Below, one piece after another: positions 46,122 to 55,390 of a DNA stretch of 64,000 nt. Under the pieces are notes generated by a model. It was not told the origin of the DNA and made no database searches. It was given only the letters and a program-made list of their open reading frames with translations. Every line of letters starts with the position of its first letter. The stretch's first letter is position 1. The DNA lies in assembly GCA_963719425.1 (NCBI GenBank), contig OY970382.1, forward strand, positions 135,888-199,887, read 5' to 3'. The stretch comes from an uncultured bacterium (GTDB taxonomy: Bacteria; Patescibacteriota; Minisyncoccia; UBA6257; 2-01-FULL-56-20). A program made the position numbers and the translations under genes.

Positions 46122-47903
46122 TTATGTCACCTCTGCCTGATAGCACTGCTCGCAGTACACGATCTCGGGGCGGTCGGGGGCATAGGAGGTTTGAAAACGA
46201 TTTGGACACGCTTTTTCTGAATGGAAATGGCGTACAGTATTTTTGTAGACTGAGTTATTTGCATGCAATCCTGCGCATTGACACTGTCTTTCAAAAAAGC
46301 GAGGGATGTTTCTTTGCCGCAAGCGCCCATAATGACGGCAGTTGGGGCAAAGCCGCGGGAGCGGGAGATGGAAGCGTTGCAAAAACGCCAATTCCTGCGG
46401 GATAATCCGGAAAGCCCCGGTGCATTCTTCCTCGCATTTCCCTTTGTGCGCGCAACCTATCACTTCTTTCAGGACGCTATCATCCATATCCGAAATTCGA
46501 TCCGCCAAATTCCCTGCCGCCTTCGTGGGCGCATAATCGCGTTTTTCCTCTTCACGCCAAGGCAGTTTTCTGGCCTCCGCCCACTCGCGGCTCCGCGGAT
46601 ACAATTCCTGCGCCTCGGAGATGTTGTACGGGAACGGAGAGAATTCCATCGGGAAAAATTCGCCGTAACGATGGATGCAACCCGCGGCATTTACATAGGG
46701 GACATCGTTCATATGTTTGACGATCTTGGGAACGAGAGTTGCATACTCTGCTTTGGAATATTGCTTGTTCAATATGCAATATTGTTTGTGGTGCAAATTC
46801 GCGCAGCCGAAAATATCCGTGGAACCCGGGCAATTTATCGAATATTCCACATTCTTGCAACCACCCCAGCAGTAGGCAGAGAATTTTACGTTATAGGTTT
46901 TGTTCCCGCATGTTATCGAGTCATAAATGAGTTCTGATGCGTCACCCCAGTTGGCGTAGTCGTAGCAATCCTTCGCTGGCCCCGCGAGCAGATTTACGCA
47001 GTACTTCACATCTTCCGCGCCGGTGACCCGATAACAGTAATGGGCGTTCTTAGAGTGATACACATAATCGCCGGATACGTTTAGGTTTTGAAGCCCCTGC
47101 ATGAATTTCACCGGGAATCTTAGCCACACCTCATTCGTCCGCTGCCGACATTTCTCGAACGCGCCGTAAGAGCCAAGGTCCAGCTCCCGAACCCGCGTTG
47201 CGTACTCCTCTTTGCGATAAGGGATATTGAAAATGCAGTATGATTTGCTGCGCAACCCAACGCATCCAACGCAGTCCGAGCAACCGACGCAATCTTTCGA
47301 AAAAAGCACATCGCGGCAGTCCTCGCAATTCATCGAGAAGAAGGTTTGATAACAGCGCGCCATATTCACATTTCCATAACAAAATTCGCAATGATTTGTC
47401 ATGTGGCTGTCTATGCAGTGCTTGGAGGATTCGTCCCAAATTACATATGCACAATCCTCCGTATGCGCCAACCCATGGGAAAAGTAGCAATTTTTGGAGA
47501 ATGAGGCATTCGCGCAATATTCGCAATTGGTTATGCTTTGTACGTTTGCATGGGGAAACGGCGTTTCGAGAAAGAGCTCGTGAACCTGCGCGAGAAATGG
47601 CCGCGACCAGTCTATTTCTCTTCCATATACTAACGGATCCCAGCCGTCGGAATGCCAAAAATCCTTATCGTAAATTTTTAGCGGCGATTCTGGGGGGACG
47701 AATGAGAGTATTTCCTGCCCGGTTCTCGTTTCCTGTCTTTTATACAGGTGCCACACGTTCCTCCATGCGAAGCGCCGCGCAGAGCGACATTCTGGACACC
47801 AGATAGGCGACGGTACCTTTATCTTCTCGTAAAACGCAAAATCCTCCGGCTCGATTGTGAACTGGTTCTCACAGTTCTGGCACACCCGCGTTTCCCGTTC
47901 CAT
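46122..47903 (-). CDS. large Cys-rich protein, paralog 3 (tandem pair)
   Basis: Start re-chosen at internal ATG (MERETRVCQNCENQFTIEPEDFAFYEKIKVPSPIWCPECR). Central DCVGCSDCVGCVGLRSKSYCIF. C-terminal ...SYAPDRPEIVYCEQCYQAEVT. 6 nt upstream of paralog 2. Confidence 0.8.
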   Translation of the reverse strand: MERETRVCQNCENQFTIEPEDFAFYEKIKVPSPIWCPECRSARRFAWRNVWHLYKRQETRTGQEILSFVPPESPLKIYDKDFWHSDGWDPLVYGREIDWSRPFLAQVHELFLETPFPHANVQSITNCEYCANASFSKNCYFSHGLAHTEDCAYVIWDESSKHCIDSHMTNHCEFCYGNVNMARCYQTFFSMNCEDCRDVLFSKDCVGCSDCVGCVGLRSKSYCIFNIPYRKEEYATRVRELDLGSYGAFEKCRQRTNEVWLRFPVKFMQGLQNLNVSGDYVYHSKNAHYCYRVTGAEDVKYCVNLLAGPAKDCYDYANWGDASELIYDSITCGNKTYNVKFSAYCWGGCKNVEYSINCPGSTDIFGCANLHHKQYCILNKQYSKAEYATLVPKIVKHMNDVPYVNAAGCIHRYGEFFPMEFSPFPYNISEAQELYPRSREWAEARKLPWREEEKRDYAPTKAAGNLADRISDMDDSVLKEVIGCAHKGKCEEECTGAFRIIPQELAFLQRFHLPLPRLCPNCRHYGRLRQRNIPRFFERQCQCAGLHANNSVYKNTVRHFHSEKACPNRFQTSYAPDRPEIVYCEQCYQAEVT

Positions 47904-47990
47904 TACCTCAATTCTACCAGAATAGGAAAAACCTACGCCTCTCGGTCTGCCCGGCACTCATATTTGTATGGTATCCTAGGAAAGAAACGG

Positions 47991-48293
47991 ATGAAATATA
48001 ACAAGCTTGTGCGCGACAAGATTCCCACATACATCCGCAAAAAAGGTGGGAAGCCAGTTTATCACGTGGCGACTCGAGCGGAGTACTGGAAGAAGTTGAA
48101 GGAAAAGCTGCACGAAGAGATCAAGGAATTTGTGCGGGACGAGAGTCCTGAGGAATTCGCCGATCTCCTTGAGGTGCTGGGTGCAATCGCAAATTACAAG
48201 AAATTTGACCGAAAGCGAATAGCAAAGCTGAGAGCAAAAAAGGTAAAGGAACGAGGACGGTTCGAGAAGCGAATCGTTCTTGACGAAGCTTAG
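47991..48293 (+). CDS. MazG/HisE-like NTP pyrophosphohydrolase (small all-alpha)
   Basis: 100 aa. EYWKKLKEKLHEEIKEF...EEFADLLEVL pattern of MazG-like house-cleaning enzymes. Confidence 0.5.
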   Translation: MKYNKLVRDKIPTYIRKKGGKPVYHVATRAEYWKKLKEKLHEEIKEFVRDESPEEFADLLEVLGAIANYKKFDRKRIAKLRAKKVKERGRFEKRIVLDEA

Positions 48294-48297
48294 TTCT

Positions 48298-48564
48298 ATG
48301 AAAATTTCCAAAAAATCTTTTTCCAAAAAAGTATATGCCGTCGTCGCGAAGATCCCACGCGGGAAGACGTTGACCTATCGGGAGGTCGCGCGGCGGGCGG
48401 GGAGTCCGCGGGCATACCGCGCGGTCGGGAATATTTTGAACAAAAACCGCGATCCGCGCGTGCCGTGCCATCGCGTCACGCGCTCGGACGGCGATCCGGG
48501 CGGATTTGCATGGGGCCGCAAAAAGAAGATAATGATGTTGCGGCGCGAAGGGGCGCTCCCGTAG
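48298..48564 (+). CDS. MGMT-family DNA-binding domain protein (Ogt C-terminal-like)
   Basis: PCHRV active-site motif. Winged-helix segment LTYREVARRAGSPRAYRAVGN. Confidence 0.65.
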   Translation: MKISKKSFSKKVYAVVAKIPRGKTLTYREVARRAGSPRAYRAVGNILNKNRDPRVPCHRVTRSDGDPGGFAWGRKKKIMMLRREGALP

Positions 48565-48573
48565 GGAAATAAC

Positions 48574-49041
48574 ATGTCAACGCTCAAGAAATTGAAAATA
48601 ATCGCGATCGCTTTCGCAGTTATCATCGTGATTCTTCTGGGTGCGCTTTTGTTTGTGAAGCCGGTCCAGGGACCTACGGTGCCCGTGGCCGGGAACTCCG
48701 CACCGGCCACTTCGCCCGACGGGCGCGTCATCGTGACGTCGCCGCTCCCGAATGTGCTTGTTTCTTCACCTCTCGCGGTCGCGGGAACCGTGACCGGCGG
48801 CGGATGGTTCTTTGAAGCGGTCTTTCCGGTGAAGGTTCTGGATGGCGATGGCACGGTGCTCGGACAAGGCCAAGCACAGGCGCAAAGCGACTGGATGACG
48901 ACCGGCACTGTACCTTTCGCAGTGAGCATTCCATTTACCACACCCAAACATGCGACCGGCACGATCGTATTTGCAAAAGACAATCCGTCCGGCCTGCCGC
49001 AGAACGCGGAGGAATTCAGCGTTCCGGTACGGTTTCGGTAG
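48574..49041 (+). CDS. secreted Gmad2/immunoglobulin-like domain protein (hypothetical)
   Basis: N-terminal signal/TM KIIAIAFAVIIVILLGALLFV. GWFFEAVFPVKVLDGDGTVLGQG pattern. Confidence 0.45.
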   Translation: MSTLKKLKIIAIAFAVIIVILLGALLFVKPVQGPTVPVAGNSAPATSPDGRVIVTSPLPNVLVSSPLAVAGTVTGGGWFFEAVFPVKVLDGDGTVLGQGQAQAQSDWMTTGTVPFAVSIPFTTPKHATGTIVFAKDNPSGLPQNAEEFSVPVRFR

Positions 49042-49048
49042 AATTCCA

Positions 49049-49525
49049 ATGATAGAAGACAATCTTCGGGCGAGTTTGGCGGAGAGTTTTTCCCGAACGG
49101 GACATCAGGTCTTCGAAAGCGTCGCGGGGGCAGATAGCGAGTTGTGGACTGCTGTCGAGGGGGAGTTGCAGCGCGGTTTAGGCTGGAGCGGAGAAGAAGC
49201 GCAGGAATTCGTGGATGCCGGGCACGAAGCGTTTATAAATGCGGTGCAGCATGGCAACAAGGACAATGCTACGGGGGAAGGGGGAAGAAGGGTAACGGTC
49301 ACTTGGAATCTTGGCAGAGAAGAAACTGAAGTGACCGTTGAGGACGAAGGGAAAGGATTCAATATTAGTGAGGCCCCCGACCCTCTCGCTGGAGAGAACC
49401 TGCTTAAGGGAAGCGGTCGAGGCCTTTTTCTCATGAGGAAATATTGCAGCGAGGTGAAGGTTTCAGAGGGAGAAGGAGGGAAGGGGTGCAAGGTAACCTT
49501 GATAAAGAGGCGAAAATCTGCATAA
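49049..49525 (+). CDS. histidine kinase-like ATPase (anti-sigma regulatory factor / RsbW-like)
   Basis: HEAFINAVQHGN (N-box) and GSGRGLFLMRKY (G2-box) without HisKA domain. Start re-chosen at ATG 49049. Confidence 0.55.
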   Translation: MIEDNLRASLAESFSRTGHQVFESVAGADSELWTAVEGELQRGLGWSGEEAQEFVDAGHEAFINAVQHGNKDNATGEGGRRVTVTWNLGREETEVTVEDEGKGFNISEAPDPLAGENLLKGSGRGLFLMRKYCSEVKVSEGEGGKGCKVTLIKRRKSA

Positions 49526-49535
49526 ATTAATTTCA

Positions 49536-49688
49536 ATGAAACACTACATTTGCACCGGCGAGTGCGCCGGAGTTTCGGAGAAGCCGGGAGTGTGCCAGTC
49601 GCCCACGTGCTCAAAGCACGGCACACCACTCAGCGAGTGTGACTGCGAAGACGGGAAGCACGGGAAGAAGGACGAACAGAAAAAATAG
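49536..49688 (+). CDS. small Cys-rich protein (50 aa, 7 Cys), hypothetical
   Basis: MKHYICTGECAGVSEKPGVCQSPTCSKHGTPLSECDCEDGKHGKKDEQKK. Not in ORF track (under 60 aa). Convergent overlap with glycosylase gene 3' end. Confidence 0.35.
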   Translation: MKHYICTGECAGVSEKPGVCQSPTCSKHGTPLSECDCEDGKHGKKDEQKK

Positions 49689-50256
49689 GGAGGCGGCGGA
49701 GCGCGGAGTCCCGCAGCGCAAAATTATATTTTTTGTTTGCCCAAACGGCGCCGGCGTAGTCCACGCCGACGCGCTTTTGGGCGGCGATTGCTGTGCGAGG
49801 GATTCTTACGCCTCGGTCCTCAAACCAGAGGCCGTTTCTTTTTGAAGCGCGTTTTCCGTTCTGCGCACGGCCGACGTGCAGAAACTTTGTGAAACGTGCA
49901 GGACCTTGCACGCGGCGCAGTGCGCCCATCTCGCGATCTCTAGAAACACCGGCGCGGAGGAGGACGGCTGCGGGATAGCCGCGCGGTCCCGTCACGATAT
50001 TTGCGAGCCAGTGCATCCCGTACGTGAAATACACATAGAAGCGGCCGGCCTCGCCGAACATGAGCTCATTACGCGGCGTGCGGCCGCGGCTCGCGTGCGA
50101 GGCCATATCGCGCGGTCCGTCATAGGCTTCCACCTCGGTCACCATGAGCGCGATCGTTTTCCCGCGGTAGTACCGCACAAGGTATTTTCCAAGGAGCCCT
50201 TTTGCAACCGCAAGCGTCGGCCTGTCGTAGAACGATTTGGCGAGTGCTTTTCGCAT
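49630..50256 (-). CDS. DNA-3-methyladenine glycosylase (Mpg/AAG family)
   Basis: LLGKYLVR...VEAYDGPRDMASHASRGRTPRNELMFGEAGRFYVYFTYGMHWLANIV matches Mpg family. Confidence 0.7.
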   Translation of the reverse strand: MRKALAKSFYDRPTLAVAKGLLGKYLVRYYRGKTIALMVTEVEAYDGPRDMASHASRGRTPRNELMFGEAGRFYVYFTYGMHWLANIVTGPRGYPAAVLLRAGVSRDREMGALRRVQGPARFTKFLHVGRAQNGKRASKRNGLWFEDRGVRIPRTAIAAQKRVGVDYAGAVWANKKYNFALRDSALRRLPIFSVRPSSRASRLRSHTR

Positions 50257-50299
50257 GGTTCGTATATAATATTAAAGCACGATACGTGCTTATAGTCTT

Positions 50300-52729
50300 A
50301 TGATAGACGAGAGAAAACAAACCATTCCTACCATTCTCGTGGTCCTGGGCGCCACGGGCGACCTTATGGCAAAAAAGATCGTGCCGGCGCTTTTTAATTT
50401 GCATGTGAAAAAGCGGTTGCCGCCAAGGTTCAAGCTCGTAGGTGTTTCAAGGCGCGCGTGGGGCGACGACGATCTCCGTACGCACCTCCGCACCATTCTT
50501 GAAAAGAGGACATCGCATGCCTCCGCCGCAACCATACGATCGTTCCTTGACCTTGCCGTGTATCATCGGTTGGTATTTGACTCGCCGAAGGACTACCTGG
50601 CACTCAACGATCTTTTAAAGAAGATTGACGACACGTGGGGCATGTGTGCGAACAAACTTTTTTATCTTTCGGTCCCGCCGCAGTTTTACTCGCTCATCCT
50701 TGCCCATCTGCACCGCAGTCATCTGACCGACGGCTGCGGCCCGAACGAGGGATGGACGCGCGTGATCGTGGAAAAGCCGTTCGGCAACGATGAAAAGAGC
50801 GCGAAAGCGCTTAATGCCCAACTTACAAAGCTCTTTCGGGAGGAACAAGTGTATCGGATAGATCATTATCTTGCGAAGGAGATGTTGCAGAATATTCTGA
50901 TGTTCCGGTTCGCGAACGATCTTTTCGAAAGCGAATGGACGAGCCGCACGCTAGAGAGCGTCCACATCCGCCTATTTGAGCAGATCGGCGTTGAGGGACG
51001 CGGTGCGTTCTACGATCATGTGGGCGCCTTGCAGGATGTGGGCCAGAACCATCTTTTGCAAATGCTCGCGCTCATTGCCATGGAGCGGCCCGTGCGGTAC
51101 GATGCTCACGCGATCCGCCCGCTCCGTGTGGAGCTTTTGAGGCACCTCATCGTTCAGACGCCCCGTGAGGCCGCCAAGAACTCGTTTCGCGCGCAATACG
51201 ACGGCTACCGCTCTATGGAAGGGGTTGCTCCCCATTCAAAAACCGAAACGTACTTTCGGATCAAGGGGTTTCTCTCTGGTGCGCGATGGGAAGGGATGCC
51301 GATTTTCATGGAAAGCGGGAAGCGACTCGGCGAGCCGCAGAAAGAGATTGAGATCGTGCTGCGCCACGAACAGCCCTGCCTTTGCGGAGGGAAAGAACAC
51401 CATCACAACCGTATTTTCATCAACCTTGAGCCTACGGAGGGGATAACGATCAGATTTCATTCAAAGAAGCCGGGACACACGTTTGAGTTCGAAGAACGGA
51501 CGTTGAACTTTGACTTCCGAGAATCGGTCCGTCGTGCACAGTATACCGAGGAGTACGAAAGGCTGATCTTGGACTGCATCGCGGGCGACCAGACACTCTT
51601 TGTTTCAAGTGAGGAGGTCGCCGCTATGTGGAAGTTCATAGACCCGTTCATCATTGCGTGGAAAAAGAACTTGGTTCCGCTGCGGTACTACGCGCCGGGC
51701 GGCCGTAAGATTGTCGCTGAAGCGGCGGTGTTTGATGATGCGGTGGAAAAAGACGGGACTCTAGCGCTTCCAAAGGAAATAGGCGTTTTTGGGCTTGGGA
51801 GGATGGGCGCGAACGTGGCGCGGCAGCTGCGCGATAAAGGATGGCGCGTCATCGCGGCCAATCGCTCGCCGGAGCCCTTGCAACAGCTGGAGAGCGAAGG
51901 TTTTGAAGCGGCGTATTCTCTCGCGGAACTCGCGGCGAAGCTCGCGGTGCCGCGAAGACATTCGCCGCGCGTGGTCTGGCTCATGATCACTGCCGGAAAA
52001 GGAGTGGACAAATTTCTCTTCGGGACTCGCGGCAAGGATGGCCTTGTGCCGCACCTTAAGAAAGGTGACATCGTGATAGACGCCGGCAACTCGTTTTTTG
52101 AGGACAGTGTGCGCCGCGCGAAACTCCTCGGCAAGCGCGGTATCCGGTTCGTGGATGTCGGCTTCTCGGGCGGCCCACGCGGTGCGCGCTACGGCGGCTC
52201 GCTCATGATCGGCGGCGACCGCAAAACATTTGAATATTTGGAGCCGCTCTTCGCCGACCTCTCCGTGCCCTTGGGCTACGCGTATTTCGGTGATGCGGGC
52301 GCAGGCCATTTCGTGAAGATGGTCCACAACGGCATTGAATACGGTATGATGCAGTCCTTGGCGGAAGGGTTCGCACTCATGAGGAAGTCGCCATTCAAGC
52401 TTGACCTTGAAAAGATTGCGCGCGTATATAACCGCGGCAGCGTCATTGAGTCGCGGCTCGTCGGATGGATGGAAGAAGTGTTCCGCATGTACGGCAAGGA
52501 TCTGCGTACGGTATCCGGCATCGTTCACGCGACCGGCGAAGGCGAGTGGACCATAAAAACCGGCCGCAAGTGGCGCGTGAAACTGCCGGCGATAGAAGAT
52601 GCATTCAAGTTCCGCACGCGTTCACAACGCGCGCCGAGCTATATGGGCCGAATTCTCTCCGCGCTCCGCAATCGCTTCGGCGGCCATGCGATAGGGGAAA
52701 AGAAAGAAACCAAAAACAAAAAAATATGA
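50300..52729 (+). CDS. zwf: fusion: glucose-6-phosphate dehydrogenase (N-terminal) plus 6-phosphogluconate dehydrogenase-like NAD-binding enzyme (C-terminal)
   Basis: N-terminal GATGDLMAKKIVPALFNL, EKPFGND, RIDHYLAKEMLQNIL. C-terminal from about residue 490 GVFGLGRMGANVARQL...GNSFFEDS...VGFSGGPRGARYGGSLMIGGD...HFVKMVHNGIEYGMMQ. Confidence 0.75.
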   Translation: MIDERKQTIPTILVVLGATGDLMAKKIVPALFNLHVKKRLPPRFKLVGVSRRAWGDDDLRTHLRTILEKRTSHASAATIRSFLDLAVYHRLVFDSPKDYLALNDLLKKIDDTWGMCANKLFYLSVPPQFYSLILAHLHRSHLTDGCGPNEGWTRVIVEKPFGNDEKSAKALNAQLTKLFREEQVYRIDHYLAKEMLQNILMFRFANDLFESEWTSRTLESVHIRLFEQIGVEGRGAFYDHVGALQDVGQNHLLQMLALIAMERPVRYDAHAIRPLRVELLRHLIVQTPREAAKNSFRAQYDGYRSMEGVAPHSKTETYFRIKGFLSGARWEGMPIFMESGKRLGEPQKEIEIVLRHEQPCLCGGKEHHHNRIFINLEPTEGITIRFHSKKPGHTFEFEERTLNFDFRESVRRAQYTEEYERLILDCIAGDQTLFVSSEEVAAMWKFIDPFIIAWKKNLVPLRYYAPGGRKIVAEAAVFDDAVEKDGTLALPKEIGVFGLGRMGANVARQLRDKGWRVIAANRSPEPLQQLESEGFEAAYSLAELAAKLAVPRRHSPRVVWLMITAGKGVDKFLFGTRGKDGLVPHLKKGDIVIDAGNSFFEDSVRRAKLLGKRGIRFVDVGFSGGPRGARYGGSLMIGGDRKTFEYLEPLFADLSVPLGYAYFGDAGAGHFVKMVHNGIEYGMMQSLAEGFALMRKSPFKLDLEKIARVYNRGSVIESRLVGWMEEVFRMYGKDLRTVSGIVHATGEGEWTIKTGRKWRVKLPAIEDAFKFRTRSQRAPSYMGRILSALRNRFGGHAIGEKKETKNKKI

Positions 52730-53190
52730 GCGACGATTATTACGAGAATTTACCACGGAAGCGGATGGGTGCCGGTGCATTGATCGTGAATGAAAAAGAC
52801 GAAGTTCTTATCGTGAAGCCGAGCTATAAAGATCACTGGTCAATACCCGGCGGTGTCATTGATAACAACGAATCCCCGAAGGGAGCATGTATGCGGGAAG
52901 TAAAAGAAGAAACATGCATTGATCTAAAAGAATGCCGATTTTTATGTGTTGATTACAAATCAAGCCGCAGTGAGACCGGGGAGAGTTTGCAATTTGTTTT
53001 CTTTGGTGGAAAACTAAGCGAACGGGACACACGAAATATCAAGCCGGATGGGAAAGAAATTATTGAATATCGATTTGTAAAAATAGACGAGGCTTTACCG
53101 TTATTGAGCGAATCGCTGCAAAAAAGATTGCCAAGGTGTTTGCGGGCATATAAGGAAAACACTGCTATTTATCTTGAAAATGGAAAATAA
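52726..53190 (+). CDS. NUDIX hydrolase
   Basis: Nudix box GGVIDNNESPKGACMREVKEETCI. ATG overlaps zwf-gnd stop (ATGA). Confidence 0.7.
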   Translation: MSDDYYENLPRKRMGAGALIVNEKDEVLIVKPSYKDHWSIPGGVIDNNESPKGACMREVKEETCIDLKECRFLCVDYKSSRSETGESLQFVFFGGKLSERDTRNIKPDGKEIIEYRFVKIDEALPLLSESLQKRLPRCLRAYKENTAIYLENGK

Positions 53191-53404
53191 ACTGAAACCG
53201 GGCACCTACGAGCATTTTAAAGGGAATAAATATGAGGTAATTGGCGTTGCAATGCACAGCGAAACGGGCGAGAAAATGGTGGTGTATCAGGCGTTATATG
53301 GAAAGAGGAAGATGTGGGTGCGGCCACTCGAGATGTTTAAGGAGAAGGTCGGGGCCAAGGGACAAAAGACACCGAGATTCAGGTTTATAAAAACAAAAAC
53401 ATGA
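53180..53404 (+). CDS. DUF1653-like small protein
   Basis: YEHFKGNKYEVIGVAMHSETGEKMVVYQALYG pattern. Confidence 0.5.
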   Translation: MENKLKPGTYEHFKGNKYEVIGVAMHSETGEKMVVYQALYGKRKMWVRPLEMFKEKVGAKGQKTPRFRFIKTKT

Positions 53405-54069
53405 AAATCGTTGTATTGCACGGCTGGGGGCAGGATAGGAGAGTGTGGGAGGCATTCGCCGCCATTTTCCGAAAAGGGGATGTCGTTGTGTTTGATCTTC
53501 CTGGCTTCGGGAGCGAGCCGAGTACGGTTCCGAATTGGGGCATCCCGGAGTACGCCGGATGGGTGAAATCCCGCGTGCACGAACTCCTGCCGGGAGAAAA
53601 TGACATTGTGCTCCTCGGGCATTCCTTTGGCGGGAGGATCGCGAGTTATATCGCGAGCCAAAATCCTCCCTGGCTTAGAGGATTAATCCTTTATAGCGCG
53701 CCGTCCCTGCGGCGGCCCAAGCTTTCCATCCGCCTCAAGATTGCGGGTGCGCGCGTTTTGAAAAAACTCGGCGTTCGCGGGCGGGGAGGGAATCTGGAGC
53801 TGCGAGAGGCCGACCAAAAAGGGATGGGAGAACTTTTTCGGAAAGCGGTTTCTTTTGACCAAGGCCGCCTCTTGCCGAAGATCAAAGTCCCCACGCTCCT
53901 TGTATGGGGAGAGAAGGACGCAGTGGTTCCCGTGAGCATCGCGCGGGAGATGCAGCGTCTGATTCCGGGAAGCAAGTTGGAAACAATAGAAAGGGCGGGG
54001 CACAATGCCCATCTCAAAAATCCCCATTTGTTCTATGGCATCGTCAAACGTTTTGTTGAGGGCCTTTAA
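53401..54069 (+). CDS. alpha/beta-fold hydrolase
   Basis: VLHGWG, nucleophile elbow GHSFGG, C-terminal GHNAHL. Confidence 0.65.
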   Translation: MKIVVLHGWGQDRRVWEAFAAIFRKGDVVVFDLPGFGSEPSTVPNWGIPEYAGWVKSRVHELLPGENDIVLLGHSFGGRIASYIASQNPPWLRGLILYSAPSLRRPKLSIRLKIAGARVLKKLGVRGRGGNLELREADQKGMGELFRKAVSFDQGRLLPKIKVPTLLVWGEKDAVVPVSIAREMQRLIPGSKLETIERAGHNAHLKNPHLFYGIVKRFVEGL

Positions 54070-54178
54070 TACCCTTTTTCCCTTCGGGGATTTTCTCTAT
54101 ATCCTCCAGCAGGAGGACTATAGCAGCCGTCGCTATTTAAAATGGCTGCCGCGGTTTTTTCTGCGGCGTAACATCCAG

Positions 54179-55390
54179 ATGCGGGATTGCCTGCGCTACA
54201 CGGCACGCGCCGTCGCGATTCTTGCGATCGCCCTTGCGATTTGGCTTGCGTCGCTTGCGGGCGTATTTTTCAATATGCCTTTTTGGTCCGCACGGGCGCT
54301 CGCGGCAATCGTGTGGCTGTTTGCGGTACCGCTATTCGTACTCGCCGCGAATATTGTTTCTATCCCTTTCTATTTGCCTATGAGGCGCGCGCGCATACGC
54401 CGTGCCGCGGAAAAGGCGCGCGCGGTGAATGGCCTGCGCATTGTGACGATCGCGGGAAGTTTCGGTAAGACGACGACGAAGAATTTCCTGTACGAACTTG
54501 TGCGGCACCATGCGGTGGTCCAGATGGTAGCGGGGAACGTAAACACGCCCTTGGGCATTGCGGGATGGGTCGTGGAACATCTGCGTCCCGATACGGAGAT
54601 TTTGATCGCGGAGGTGGATGCCTATCGGGCGGGCGAGATCAGGGAAAGTTGCCGCATCGTACCCGCCGATGTCGCCATCCTTACAAGCATCGGGCATCAA
54701 CATATGGAACGTTTCGGGAGTGTTCCGCGCCTGGCCGCGGCACTTGGCGAGGTTTTCATCTACGCGAAGCCGGGAGCAAAGCTGCTCGCACCGCCCGACG
54801 TTGCGCGCATGTTGGATCCTTTGATCGGCGGGCGACAAACGATCGTGGTGAAGGAGGGGGACGTGCCGGATACGGGTGCGCACCTCTCCGCATCGGCCCG
54901 TTCCGACCTTGCGCTTGCTGCACGGGCTGCGGAACTCTTGGGCGCGCCGGAAAGATTCATTAAAGACGCAGCCCAAAAACTTACACTTCCCGACCGCCGC
55001 CAAAAGGCGACCGTGTGGCATGGTTACGACTGCATTGACGATTCCTATAATATCAGCTTCCCGACCGCGCAGGCGGGAATCGCAGCCGCGGAATCGTTGG
55101 CGCGCGAAAAGGGGAAAAAGCTTCTTGCGGTCACCGCAGGGATTCCGGAGCTCGGGCCGGCGGACAAGAACGGGAACGAACACTTGGGAATGTTGCTTGC
55201 GGAAAAAGCCGATCACATCGTGGTACTCAAAAGCATGTTCGCGCAGGATATTGTCCGCGGCATCACCGATCATTCAAAATACACAATTGTAAAAAACCTC
55301 AACGCGTTCATAGAAATGGCCCCGAAGCGCTTCCCGCCGGAGCGGTGGGCGCTCTTATTGGAACCGGAACTCACCGACCTCTATTACTGA
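54179..55390 (+). CDS. Mur ligase family protein, MurF-like, with N-terminal two-TM segment instead of canonical N-domain
   Basis: P-loop IAGSFGKTTTKN. C-terminal IDDSYNISFP signature. ORF track starts 54005. Start uncertain. Convergent with ddl. Confidence 0.55.
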   Translation: MRDCLRYTARAVAILAIALAIWLASLAGVFFNMPFWSARALAAIVWLFAVPLFVLAANIVSIPFYLPMRRARIRRAAEKARAVNGLRIVTIAGSFGKTTTKNFLYELVRHHAVVQMVAGNVNTPLGIAGWVVEHLRPDTEILIAEVDAYRAGEIRESCRIVPADVAILTSIGHQHMERFGSVPRLAAALGEVFIYAKPGAKLLAPPDVARMLDPLIGGRQTIVVKEGDVPDTGAHLSASARSDLALAARAAELLGAPERFIKDAAQKLTLPDRRQKATVWHGYDCIDDSYNISFPTAQAGIAAAESLAREKGKKLLAVTAGIPELGPADKNGNEHLGMLLAEKADHIVVLKSMFAQDIVRGITDHSKYTIVKNLNAFIEMAPKRFPPERWALLLEPELTDLYY

